DNA of 64,000 nt from Candidatus Pacearchaeota archaeon. GTDB lineage: Archaea; Nanobdellota; Nanobdellia; Pacearchaeales; GW2011-AR1. Location: the NCBI GenBank assembly GCA_017609885.1, contig JAFCDB010000001.1, forward strand, positions 6,732 through 70,731, read 5' to 3'. Positions 46,621-55,630 of this stretch are shown piece after piece; position 1 is the stretch's first letter; each line of letters starts with the position of its first letter. Below the pieces are notes generated by a model, which was given only the letters and a program-made list of their open reading frames with translations, was not told the origin of the DNA and ran no database searches. A program made the translations under genes and the position numbers.

Positions 46621-46965
46621 TTAGCATCCTGTTAATTCTTTTAATTTATTAATTGTTTGAACGCCGGCGTATTTTTCTCCTTTAATAATCCAAGATGGCG
46701 TGTGAGTTATTTCGTCTTCTAAGCATTTTTGTCCTTCAAATGTGCAGTCAACAATTGTTAAATAATTTATGTTTTCTCCAAACATTTCCTTCTGCCGTTC
46801 ACATGCTGTGCATCCCAACTGCATATACAAAACAGAGTTTTCTCCAATGCAAATTGCGTCTTGCTCGTTTATAGTTCCTTTATCATAGATGAAAACAAAA
46901 TATGCAATTGAAATTAAAATTAATAATATTGCAATGTTAATTATTACTCCTTTTTTTAATTCCAT
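46621..46965 (-). CDS. Membrane-anchored thioredoxin-like protein (CxxC)
   Basis: N-terminal TM, then LGCTACERQKEMF with CxxC; operonic with ccdA (2-nt gap). Confidence 0.55.
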   Translation of the reverse strand: MELKKGVIINIAILLILISIAYFVFIYDKGTINEQDAICIGENSVLYMQLGCTACERQKEMFGENINYLTIVDCTFEGQKCLEDEITHTPSWIIKGEKYAGVQTINKLKELTGC

Positions 46966-47126
46966 GATTTAGCATAGAAAATTTAATTTTTAAATCTTTA
47001 GGCAAGGTGGGTTGCGATTCAATAAATTTAAAAACACAAATCGTCTTTTCTTGTTATCAATGATAGCTGTTAAGACTCCTGTACTAACCCCTCAAATGTG
47101 ATGATGCGTACAGATAGTTAACTGAT

Positions 47127-47201
47127 GGCTCCGTAGCTCAGTCTGGTTAGAGCACTGGCCTTTTAAGCCAGGTGTCGGGGGTTCAAATCCCTCCGGGGCC
47201 A
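47127..47201 (+). tRNA. tRNA-Lys (anticodon TTT)
   Basis: Hand-folded: acceptor GGCTCCG/CGGGGCC, D-arm GCTC-AGTCTGGTTA-GAGC, anticodon stem CTGGC/GCCAG with loop CTTTTAA, T-arm GGGGG-TTCAAAT-CCCTC. Confidence 0.8.
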
Positions 47202-47320
47202 TTTTTTTGCAATATGTATGTTCTTGAATTTCAACTCGCATGTATTATGGGGGGGTCGAGTGATTTCGCGAGAGGTGTTAGAGATTAGTGAGGTGAGAAA
47301 GGTAAGTCAGGTCATGAGCA

Positions 47321-47335
47321 AAATCCCTCCGGGGC
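47321..47335 (+). repeat. 15-nt exact duplicate of the tRNA-Lys 3' end (AAATCCCTCCGGGGC); att-like scar
   Basis: Identical to 47185-47199, same orientation, 120 bp downstream of the tRNA. Confidence 0.6.
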
Positions 47336-47541
47336 TATGATAACTTTCATTTCGGTGTATGTAATAAAAAAATTAAACAAAGGTTTTTGAAATGATAATT
47401 TATTAAAAATAAAATGGGGGGGAAAGAATTTTTAAAACCAGATAGGCATAAAATTATATTAGCATTATTGTTTCCAATTTCCTTTTTCACTTTTGAGTTT
47501 CTTGATGATTTTTTTATAAATATTTATTTGACATTCATGGA

Positions 47542-47760
47542 TTGGTGGGCGGTGTTTTCATGTTATTATATGCTCCTGTCATAATATTTTATGTATTATT
47601 TGTTTACCTAAACATCTTTTCTATGGGCCCTCTTTTTTTTGGAAATAGTAGAAGTAAGGGATTTCTGGGAAATATGACTACATCAATAATAACCTACATA
47701 ATTATGATATTATACACTTATATTTTATCTTGTTTTATTGTTGGATTATTAGAAAAATAA
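47542..47760 (+). CDS. Small hydrophobic ORF (doubtful)
   Basis: 72-aa ORF, two hydrophobic stretches; very AT-rich region. Confidence 0.2.
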   Translation: MVGGVFMLLYAPVIIFYVLFVYLNIFSMGPLFFGNSRSKGFLGNMTTSIITYIIMILYTYILSCFIVGLLEK

Positions 47761-47882
47761 AAAATAGAAAAATGAATAATATTCAACAATCAGACGTTTA
47801 AAATTAGCCTCTATAGTATAACTCAAACCACCACAATTTCCCAACCTCAAAATATATTTCCCAGAATATATTAATTTTTAAA

Positions 47883-48932
47883 GTGATGAGTTTTGGAAAT
47901 GAGATGGAAGTTAAACAAAAAGAGTTGAGAGGTAATGGGAAACTTCGTTCTATTAATATTGAAGCTGAAAATCTTGCCGAAGCAACTCATAAAACTATCA
48001 TCGCTTGTTATGATGCGGGTGCAAGAGTTGAAACCCCTAAACAAAGACCAGACATGACTTTGGGATATGATTCTCCAATTGAAATTACAATTTTAAATCC
48101 AAATAGTGAGCCAAAAATTTACAATCCTGCAAATTTAGATTTTCCCAAAGGAAACTTAGAATACTGTTACGCTGTAACTCACGGAATTCACAATCACAGA
48201 AAAAAATGTGAAGAACATCCAGAATGGTGGGGTTATACTTACAATGAAAGATTTGTTGACCAGATGCCTTTTGTTTTTCAGAGAATAAAAGCAGATTGGG
48301 ATGAAAAAGGAAGAATGACTGGAAGAGATTATTTTTTTACAATCTGGCGTGCAGGCGATGATATTGTCTTGGAACAACCAGATCCGCCTTGCTGGCAATC
48401 AGGACAAATCAGATTTTTACATAATGAGGAAGGAAATATTGTTATGAATTATCTCACTCATTGGAGAAGTAGAGATTTATTTAAAGCATGGAATCAAAAC
48501 ATTTTAGCTCAAATTGAATTAATGAAATTAATAAGAGACAAAACTTCAAACTTAATTGGAGAACAAATTGAACTTGGAAGTTACATTGACCATTCAAGTT
48601 CATTACATCTTTATGGATTATATGTTGACAGAGATGGATTAGATAATACAATAAAATTAATGAAAAAAATTCCATATGAACAAATGTCTTGGAGTTTTGA
48701 AGATTCTCTTGAACAAATGAGTGAGATGGGAAGCAAAGATGCTACATTAAGATTAATTGCAGCTCAACTTGATGCAGAACATAAAGGACATGGACTTCAA
48801 CAATCAAGAGAAACCTTAAAGAATTTAGAATATGATGTAGAAAATTTCGATTATCCTAAAGAATGGGATACATGGCCAGAATCATGGGATGCTGAACCTG
48901 ATGTTAGTAAATTGGCGAGAGTTGTAAAATGA
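47883..48932 (+). CDS. thyA: Thymidylate synthase ThyA-like (divergent; could be a pyrimidine hydroxymethylase of the same fold)
   Basis: Catalytic Cys context PDPPCWQSGQIRF (cf. PPCH.F.QF) followed by HWRSRD (cf. YQRSxD) and later SSSLHLYG (cf. NIASY/HIY). Confidence 0.6.
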   Translation: MMSFGNEMEVKQKELRGNGKLRSINIEAENLAEATHKTIIACYDAGARVETPKQRPDMTLGYDSPIEITILNPNSEPKIYNPANLDFPKGNLEYCYAVTHGIHNHRKKCEEHPEWWGYTYNERFVDQMPFVFQRIKADWDEKGRMTGRDYFFTIWRAGDDIVLEQPDPPCWQSGQIRFLHNEEGNIVMNYLTHWRSRDLFKAWNQNILAQIELMKLIRDKTSNLIGEQIELGSYIDHSSSLHLYGLYVDRDGLDNTIKLMKKIPYEQMSWSFEDSLEQMSEMGSKDATLRLIAAQLDAEHKGHGLQQSRETLKNLEYDVENFDYPKEWDTWPESWDAEPDVSKLARVVK

Positions 48933-49402
48933 CACTAAGAATCCCTTTAATCTATGAACCATCAATAACAAAAATTGAAACTGAACAAGATATTGTTGAG
49001 TTATTAAAAGATGTTAGAAAGGATATTAGAACTTCAAATTCTAAACTTGTGCTGCGCAGATTAAGAGAGGTTCTTATTCATGTTGAGGAGGGCAAGTATA
49101 TTCACAATGGAGAATCAAGGATAGAAACTGAAATTGATTTATCAAAAGCAACTTTCTTAGTTAATGAATATAAACAGAAATCTGCGCGGAATTGCATAGT
49201 GTGCAATAATAGAGAAATTAAATCAACAGAAGATATAGGAGATTATAATGTTTGGTGTTCTTTAACTGAAATAGAATCTGATGTTGACAGTAGACAAGGG
49301 CATTCGCCGAGAATAAAAGAATATTATGAAAAGGGTTGCGATGATTATCATTCTAATTTTAGGTCTTTAGAACAAGTTTTAGCAGAAGCAGAATTAACCT
49401 GA
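48929..49402 (+). CDS. Hypothetical protein, 4-nt overlap with thyA-like
   Basis: 157-aa ORF. Confidence 0.35.
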   Translation: MTLRIPLIYEPSITKIETEQDIVELLKDVRKDIRTSNSKLVLRRLREVLIHVEEGKYIHNGESRIETEIDLSKATFLVNEYKQKSARNCIVCNNREIKSTEDIGDYNVWCSLTEIESDVDSRQGHSPRIKEYYEKGCDDYHSNFRSLEQVLAEAELT

Positions 49403-49861
49403 ACTCCCAAATCCCCCTTCTCCCCTTTCACTCTCTACCAATTCCTTAACTTCTTCAATCTCTACATTTTCAATCTTATTAATAACTGCCTGTGCAATTT
49501 TGTCTCCTTGCTTTATTTCAAAATTTTCATCTCCGTGATTAATTAAAATTACCCCTACTTCTCCCCGATAACCCGAGTCAATTGTTCCAGGAGAATTTAC
49601 AAGTGAAATTCCTTTTTTTATTGCAAGTCCGCTTCTTGGACGAATTTGCATTTCATATCCAGGAGGAATTTCAAAAATTAAACCGCTTTTTACAAGGCAT
49701 CTTTCACCAGGTTTTAGGAAATGTTCACTTGTTGAAAATAAATCCATTCCTGCATCGCCAGGATTTGCATAAATTGGGGTTTGCGCTTTTTCATGTATTT
49801 TTTTTATTTTTAGTTTCATTATCCGCATCCGCCTCCTTGAATTTCTCCGCAATCTGTACAT
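49394..49861 (-). CDS. dut: dUTP diphosphatase (trimeric dUTPase)
   Basis: ANPGDAGMDLFS (motif I), RSGLAIKKGISLVNSPGTIDSGYRGEV (motifs II-III). Confidence 0.75.
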   Translation of the reverse strand: MYRLRRNSRRRMRIMKLKIKKIHEKAQTPIYANPGDAGMDLFSTSEHFLKPGERCLVKSGLIFEIPPGYEMQIRPRSGLAIKKGISLVNSPGTIDSGYRGEVGVILINHGDENFEIKQGDKIAQAVINKIENVEIEEVKELVESERGEGGFGSSG

Positions 49862-52584
49862 TTAGGATGATTGCATCCTGCCTCGAAAGTATATTCTTCA
49901 TTTCCGCATGCCTCACACACAAACGCCTTATCTAATTTTCCATGATTTCCACTAACCAACAACTCTTCATCAGAACTTGTAACCCTAACTTGCGACAATA
50001 AAGACATATACTCGTCAGTTCCTTCCTCAACCTTGCGTAGCTCAGACTTATGCACAAGATTAATCAGCCTCCCATTATCATCATTTCCAACAATTCCATT
50101 TTTTAATAAACAATCTTCTAATACAACCCCTGCTGCATGTTCAATTGATTTAATCTTTCTTGGTCCCAACCCTTCTTCTTCATTTGAAGAAGCAGACTGC
50201 AATCTCCCAATAAGTTCAGCATAATTTGGATTAGGTTGCCTCAATATCTCAGTCCTATCCATTCCTGATTGAGCAAAGCTCACACTTGTTGCATGTCCTA
50301 AAGGAGCCCGAGTCTGAAAAATTTCATCGGGAATAAAATACGCTTTCCCTCCCTCATCATCAACATAAATATTACTTGTAATAGTTATATGTAAACTATC
50401 TCCATTATTTGGCCTTTTAACTTTGTACTTCAATGCCTGAGCTTTAAGATTAACAATCTCATGCGGAGAAACATTATTCTGCACAAGAAGAGTTCTTTTT
50501 TCTAACCCACTTAAAACCCCCTTCTTGGAATTATCTCTAAAAATCGTAATTCCCACACAACCTTCATCATAAGCCATTTTGTAAGTATTTAATACATCTT
50601 CAACTGTTGCATCTTCTGGCAAGTTAACTGTTTTAGAAACTGCATTATCTACTCCAACTCCATTACCAACCTGAAAAGCTGCCTGCATTCGAACATGCCA
50701 TTCTGGAGCAATATCATGAGAAGTAGCATAAATTCTTTGAATTTCCTCAGGGATCACATCCATTTCTCTGACACTGCCAATTTTCTCAATTGTTTTAATA
50801 ATTCCTTCTAATTTAACCTTATCAAATTGCTCATATAAATCTCCCTCAAGTAAAGGATTCCTGTAAATTAATTCCTTGCCATCCATGCAAGTTTTTTTAA
50901 ATGCAAGTCTAAAAAAAGGTTCTACTCCACCAGAAACATTGCATATCATTCCTGTTGTCCCATTTGGAGCAATTGTGGTAACAGTTGCGTTTCTAACTCT
51001 CAGCCCCTCCTTCTCCCATACACTCCCTTCCCAATATGGAAAGACTCCCCTCTCCTCAGCAATTTCCACAGACTTTTTTCTTGCTGTTTCAGTAACATAA
51101 TCACTTACACCTTTCGCAAGTTCAACAGCTTCCTCACTATCATATGCCATGCCTAATTGCGCAAGCATTTCAGCCCATCCCATCATTCCAAGTCCAATCT
51201 TTCTCGTACCATGAACTTTCCCATAAATTTTTTGAAAGGGAAACTTGCTCATATCAATCACATTATCTAAAAAATGAACAGCAGTTCCAATTCTATTCTC
51301 AAGTTCAGAATAATCTACTGAAGAATCATTTACACAGTTCGCTAAATTTATCCCACCCAAATTACATGCTTCAAATGGAAGAAGAGGTTGCTCTCCACAA
51401 GGATTTGTTGATTCAATTCTTCCAACATGTGGAACAGTATTTCTTTGTTCTAATCTATCTAAAAAAACAATTCCAGGACAACCTGTTTTCCACGCACATT
51501 CAGATATATAATCAAATAGAGAATGTGCGTTAATCAAAAGAGTTTCATCATCAGCAACTTTCCCAATTTCTTCTCCACTATAAATATTAATTACTTTCCC
51601 CTCATCAACAATCAATGACGGATTTAACTCTCCAAATAATTCATCATATTTTCTAGTTCCTTTTTCCAAAACATTCTCCTTTTTCCATACTCTTTCCTCT
51701 AAAGGGACATCAGATTCTCTTTTTGGATTTACTAACCTAAAATAACCTTCATCTTTTACTAATTGCATAAACTTATCATCAATTCCCACTGACAAATTAA
51801 AATTAACCAAAGTTCCATTTGTTTTTTCATTAATAAATTCTAGAATATCTGGGTGAGTATAATTTAATATCGCCATGTTTGCCCCTCTTCTAAATCCTCC
51901 TTGATTAACTGCATCAGTTGAAGAATCAAAAACCTTGATAAATGGAACTGGACCGCTTGATGAACCAAATGTAGTTGAAATCATATCTGAGCGAGGCCTT
52001 AAATGTGAAAAATTGAATCCTGTACCTCCACCGCTTTTGTGAATCATTGCCATATATCTTAAAACATCATAAATTCCATTTCCTTGTTTTTCAGCATCTT
52101 CGCCAATATCATCTGTAGCCATATAATCTTCAACAGGTAAAACAAAACAAGCAGAAAGTTGTTGCAAGGCCCGTCCAGCATTGCATAAAGTTGGAGTATT
52201 TGGCATGAATCTTTGGTACAACATTGACTCTAAGAATTCATCAGCAACAGATTTAATATCCTTATCTGAATTATATTTCAAATCAGCTTCTGCAATATTA
52301 ACTGCAACTCTTGCAAATAAATCTAAAGCGTTTTCAATAACTTCTTTATTCTCATTTTTTTCAAGATACCTTGTCTCAAGAGTTAATCTTGCGTTTGGGA
52401 CAAAATAAATATCTTCCTCTCTCTCATTATCATGAATTTTATATCCTGTTCCTTCTTCTCTAACATAGTCTGTTATTGCATATCTCTCTTTAACTAGTGA
52501 TTCAAGAGCTCTTCTCTCACTTTCTGTTTGTCCGACAAATGGTCTGCTCTTCTCAAGATCTCTAACTAAATCCTCTTCCATCAC
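49819..52584 (-). CDS. nrdJ: Ribonucleotide reductase class II (adenosylcobalamin-dependent, NrdJ) with C-terminal zinc ribbon
   Basis: 921 aa; active-site region STNPCGEQPL, TAPNGTTG; C-terminal CEACGNEEYTFEAGCNHPKCTDCGEIQGGGCG. Confidence 0.85.
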   Translation of the reverse strand: MMEEDLVRDLEKSRPFVGQTESERRALESLVKERYAITDYVREEGTGYKIHDNEREEDIYFVPNARLTLETRYLEKNENKEVIENALDLFARVAVNIAEADLKYNSDKDIKSVADEFLESMLYQRFMPNTPTLCNAGRALQQLSACFVLPVEDYMATDDIGEDAEKQGNGIYDVLRYMAMIHKSGGGTGFNFSHLRPRSDMISTTFGSSSGPVPFIKVFDSSTDAVNQGGFRRGANMAILNYTHPDILEFINEKTNGTLVNFNLSVGIDDKFMQLVKDEGYFRLVNPKRESDVPLEERVWKKENVLEKGTRKYDELFGELNPSLIVDEGKVINIYSGEEIGKVADDETLLINAHSLFDYISECAWKTGCPGIVFLDRLEQRNTVPHVGRIESTNPCGEQPLLPFEACNLGGINLANCVNDSSVDYSELENRIGTAVHFLDNVIDMSKFPFQKIYGKVHGTRKIGLGMMGWAEMLAQLGMAYDSEEAVELAKGVSDYVTETARKKSVEIAEERGVFPYWEGSVWEKEGLRVRNATVTTIAPNGTTGMICNVSGGVEPFFRLAFKKTCMDGKELIYRNPLLEGDLYEQFDKVKLEGIIKTIEKIGSVREMDVIPEEIQRIYATSHDIAPEWHVRMQAAFQVGNGVGVDNAVSKTVNLPEDATVEDVLNTYKMAYDEGCVGITIFRDNSKKGVLSGLEKRTLLVQNNVSPHEIVNLKAQALKYKVKRPNNGDSLHITITSNIYVDDEGGKAYFIPDEIFQTRAPLGHATSVSFAQSGMDRTEILRQPNPNYAELIGRLQSASSNEEEGLGPRKIKSIEHAAGVVLEDCLLKNGIVGNDDNGRLINLVHKSELRKVEEGTDEYMSLLSQVRVTSSDEELLVSGNHGKLDKAFVCEACGNEEYTFEAGCNHPKCTDCGEIQGGGCG

Positions 52585-53030
52585 AACCCCCTCAACTCTT
52601 TTTTAAAATCTTTAACATCCCCAAAATCCAGATATACCGACGCAAATCTAATATACGCAACTTTGTCCAGTTTTTTTAATTTTTTCATTATATCTTCTCC
52701 TATTTTTTTTGTTGGGATTTCTTTATTTTTCAGCAGAATTTTTTCTTCAATTTCATTGACAATTTTTTCTGCTTGTTCATGGGAGATATTTCGTTTTTCA
52801 CATGCTTTGATTATTCCAAGGAAAATTTTATCTCTATCAAATCTTTCTCGCCTGCTGTCCTTTTTCACAACATACCTTTCAATTGGCTCTGTTTTTTCAT
52901 AGGTTGTAAATCTTTTCCCACATTTCAAGCATTCACGCCTCCTCCGAGTTAATTCATGCGAATCCCGTTTATTTGTAACTTTTGTTTCAGAGTGTTTGCA
53001 AAATGGACATATCATTTTAATTATATACAA
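52581..53030 (-). CDS. nrdR: NrdR transcriptional repressor (zinc ribbon plus ATP-cone)
   Basis: MICPFCKHSETKVTNKRDSHELTRRRRECLKCGKRFTTYEKTE then ATP-cone; overlaps the nrdJ start by 4 nt. Confidence 0.8.
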   Translation of the reverse strand: MYIIKMICPFCKHSETKVTNKRDSHELTRRRRECLKCGKRFTTYEKTEPIERYVVKKDSRRERFDRDKIFLGIIKACEKRNISHEQAEKIVNEIEEKILLKNKEIPTKKIGEDIMKKLKKLDKVAYIRFASVYLDFGDVKDFKKELRGL

Positions 53031-53124
53031 TATGTTGTATCTAACTCTTTTTTATTCACCACTTATTGTATGTTGCATTATGATTAAGATTAATGTCTAT
53101 ATAAATATTTCTGTGCTTAAGTTG

Positions 53125-53733
53125 TTATTTTTCGCTGAAAAATTTGTTTAACGAAAAATTTGTCAAAAAAATCATTGAAAAGTAAATTCCAAACCAAATT
53201 AGCGGATACAACATCTGCACCTGATAATCGCCGCAGAATTCAAAGACACAGTTGAGATTTCTCTCTATTGGCGTGAAAAAATAAATTAGGAAGTAAAAAA
53301 TTGTGGCTTGGAGAAAGCTGATTTGCCATGAATTTTTTGTTTTTAATTTTATTAAATGAAGTGCTACTAATGACAAAGGAATTGTGTAGAGGTGCTGGGT
53401 TGTTACGAGCTTTGAAATGATAGGACCTTGTTCGAAAAAATAATTTGAAATTCCCCAAAGAATTCCGCCTGTTAGAAAAACATAAATAAAATCAATTGTC
53501 CAAATTAGCATTGGAATTGCAAGAATGTTTAATTGACTTACAATGAGCCAATCTTTTCTTAACAAAATTCCTAGTCCGATTAGCAAAAGGCCGAGATAGC
53601 AAAACCAGATAATGCTAAAAATATCATATTCGTAAAGGGCGTTGATTACAGCAATTGTTCCGAGGATTAGGAAAAAGATTCCAAGTAGGTTTAGGAAAAT
53701 ATTTTTTTTATTCATTGATTGTTTTTTCTTCAT
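53125..53733 (-). CDS. Polytopic membrane protein
   Basis: 202 aa, about 6 TM. Confidence 0.4.
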   Translation of the reverse strand: MKKKQSMNKKNIFLNLLGIFFLILGTIAVINALYEYDIFSIIWFCYLGLLLIGLGILLRKDWLIVSQLNILAIPMLIWTIDFIYVFLTGGILWGISNYFFEQGPIISKLVTTQHLYTIPLSLVALHLIKLKTKNSWQISFLQATIFYFLIYFFTPIERNLNCVFEFCGDYQVQMLYPLIWFGIYFSMIFLTNFSLNKFFSEK

Positions 53734-53778
53734 GTGTATAGTAAGAGTTTTTAAATTTAAAAATCATTGGGTTTTTAT

Positions 53779-53869
53779 GTCCCTGTAGTTCAGTCAGGAT
53801 AGAACATGACCTTGCGGTGAGTTTGCTCGCGAATAGGTCAAGACCGCGGTTCAAATCCGTGCAGGGGCG
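53779..53869 (+). tRNA. tRNA-Arg (anticodon GCG) with a ~17-nt intron in the anticodon loop
   Basis: Hand-folded: acceptor GTCCCTG/CAGGGGC, D-arm GTTC...GAAC, anticodon stem TGACC...GGTCA separated by TTGCGG plus TGAGTTTGCTCGCGAAT(A); T-arm CGCGG-TTCAAAT-CCGTG. Confidence 0.55.
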
Positions 53870-53887
53870 TTTTTGCGGGAGCAAACA

Positions 53888-53996
53888 GGCTTTGGTGAAA
53901 TCATAGGATATATAACATTTTTCTCAATTTAAAATCTACATTGCGAGACAAATCACGTCGAGCAATGCTGGGCGGGCGGGTAGGGAATTGAGAAAA
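53888..53996. repeat. 109-bp perfect direct repeat, copy 1 (contains internal inverted repeat TTTTCTCAATT...AATTGAGAAAA)
   Basis: Identical to 57189-57297. Confidence 0.9.
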
Positions 53997-54058
53997 TTGA
54001 AATTTATTAATTATTATAACTTAGGTGCAGATAAGTTTTGTTTGTTCTTAAGTTATTT

Positions 54059-54274
54059 CCCCTCATAGCTCAGTGGTTAGAGCGCTTGGCTGTAGAAATA
54101 AAGGGGACCTAAGGTTCACCTTTATCAAACCCTCCTAAAAGAGGACAACCTTCGGTTGTCTTATAAGGAGAGTTGCGATTAGGGCGGACGTTCCATTGGA
54201 TTAGAATGAAACCTGATTAGCCGAAAGTTCGTGCAGAACCCGAGAGATCCCCGGTTCGAATCCGGGTGGGGGGA
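54059..54274 (+). tRNA. tRNA-Tyr-like (anticodon GTA) with an unusually long (~144 nt) intron
   Basis: 5' exon CCCCTCA-TA-GCTCAGTGGTTAGAGC-G-CTTGG-CTGTAG...; 3' exon C-CCGAG-AGATC-CCCGG-TTCGAAT-CCGGG-TGGGGGG-A pairs with it (acceptor, anticodon and T stems all consistent). Confidence 0.5.
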
Positions 54275-54282
54275 TTTATCTT

Positions 54283-54298
54283 CCAAAAAATTTAAAAA
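54283..54298 (+). promoter_or_regulatory. BRE/TATA motif CCAAAAAATTTAAAAA, 26 nt upstream of the ATG at 54320 (leaderless)
   Basis: Same 16-mer (one mismatch) recurs at 54846 and 55631. Confidence 0.4.
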
Positions 54299-54319
54299 TC
54301 TTCTTTTTCATGTAAGAAT

Positions 54320-54517
54320 ATGGAAATTCAAACAAAGGACATAATGGATGAACTTAGGCAGATAAGAATTGATATTGAAATAATCAAGGATAATATGCCT
54401 GATAAAGAAATGTTCTTGACAGCAGATGAAGAAGTCTTATTTGAAAGAAGTTTTGAAAATGAGAAAAATGATGAGCTTATTTCTTCTGAAGAATTAAAAA
54501 AAGAGTTGGAGATATGA
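54320..54517 (+). CDS. Putative antitoxin of the RelE-like module
   Basis: 65-aa acidic ORF overlapping the toxin start by 4 nt. Confidence 0.4.
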   Translation: MEIQTKDIMDELRQIRIDIEIIKDNMPDKEMFLTADEEVLFERSFENEKNDELISSEELKKELEI

Positions 54518-54771
54518 AATTTTCCATTGATTATGATAAACAACCAATTAAGTTTCTTAAAAATCAAAATAAATTTATAACAAAAAGGATTATTGAAAAA
54601 ATAGATTCATTATTAGTAAATCCAGTTCTCAGCAATGCAAAACCGATTGTTGAGAAACACAATTGTTTTAGAATAAGAATAGGAAATTATCGCGCTTTGT
54701 ATAGGATTAATTATAAAACTAAAATCATTATAGTATTCAAATTAGATAAGAGGGAGAAAGTTTATAATTAA
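54514..54771 (+). CDS. relE: RelE/ParE-family type II toxin
   Basis: KHNCFRIRIGNYRALYRINYKTKIIIVFKLDKREKVY matches the RelE C-terminal signature. Confidence 0.65.
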   Translation: MKFSIDYDKQPIKFLKNQNKFITKRIIEKIDSLLVNPVLSNAKPIVEKHNCFRIRIGNYRALYRINYKTKIIIVFKLDKREKVYN

Positions 54772-54845
54772 TAAATGATTTACTAATAATAAATCCCTAT
54801 AAGAAACAAACTAATAATTCTGTTATGGGCAGAGGATTGAATGTT

Positions 54846-54861
54846 CCAAAAAACTTAAAAA
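54846..54861 (+). promoter_or_regulatory. BRE/TATA motif CCAAAAAACTTAAAAA, 26 nt upstream of the ATG at 54883 (leaderless)
   Basis: Motif recurrence and spacing. Confidence 0.4.
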
Positions 54862-54882
54862 CACCCAACCACTGAATTAATC

Positions 54883-55227
54883 ATGGCGAAAGAATGCGAA
54901 TTTATGTACGATGATTTTTCAGACAGACTTTTTATTTCTTGTAAAAAAGATTCTGATATGATTGCTGGAAGCGTAAGGTTGCTGAATTTAGTTGTGGACT
55001 TTACAACAGATAATAAGGTTGTTAATGTTGAAATTATTGGGGCTTCTGATTATTTAGAATCAATCGGGTTTGATTCTTCTATTTTAAATAAGTTAATTTC
55101 TGTTGATTTGGTTTTTCAGCAAAAAAGAAATGGATATATGATTTATTTTATTCTTCATAGTGAATCTCAAACTCAGAGAATTCCTTATAATTTAATAACT
55201 GAAAATCCTTCGATGATTAACGCTTAA
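54883..55227 (+). CDS. Hypothetical protein
   Basis: 114-aa ORF. Confidence 0.35.
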   Translation: MAKECEFMYDDFSDRLFISCKKDSDMIAGSVRLLNLVVDFTTDNKVVNVEIIGASDYLESIGFDSSILNKLISVDLVFQQKRNGYMIYFILHSESQTQRIPYNLITENPSMINA

Positions 55228-55549
55228 ATCTTTTTTCTAAACTTCTTTTATATTCTATTGCATGTATGATTAAAACTTTGTTGTTTTTTGGACAGGTCGC
55301 TATTGAAAAATAAATGTTGTTACTTAATTTGTAAAATAATTCGTATCCTAAATCTCCATATTTTAATCTTTCTTTTTCTATTTCATATACTTTTTCAAAT
55401 TGCGGGAAAATTTCCAAAACTTTCTGATGTTCTATTCCTTTTTTAAGAATTCCAAATTTATAATATTCTGTAAATATCAATCTTTTCCCTTTAATTTTTT
55501 CAGTTATTATTTTATCAATTTCTTTTTTGTCTGTGATTAATTCAACCAT
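55217..55549 (-). CDS. Hypothetical protein
   Basis: 110-aa ORF, convergent with 54883..55227. Confidence 0.35.
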   Translation of the reverse strand: MVELITDKKEIDKIITEKIKGKRLIFTEYYKFGILKKGIEHQKVLEIFPQFEKVYEIEKERLKYGDLGYELFYKLSNNIYFSIATCPKNNKVLIIHAIEYKRSLEKRFKR

Positions 55550-55630
55550 AATTGTTTTAATATTTTAATATATTTAATTGTTTTTGATTCGGGAATTTAG
55601 GAGATTTAATTATGGGGAATGAGGAATTTT

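Noticed and set aside
47215-47340. Possible split or permuted tRNA half downstream of tRNA-Lys
   Set aside because: Only the 15-nt 3'-end segment matches. There is no complementary acceptor/T-arm partner and tRNA-Lys is intact, so it is better explained as an att-like duplicate.
50033-52408. Several 60-130-aa plus-strand ORFs inside nrdJ (50033-50224, 50876-51100, 51144-51533, 52181-52408)
   Set aside because: Antisense to a long, well-supported class II RNR gene; no independent support.
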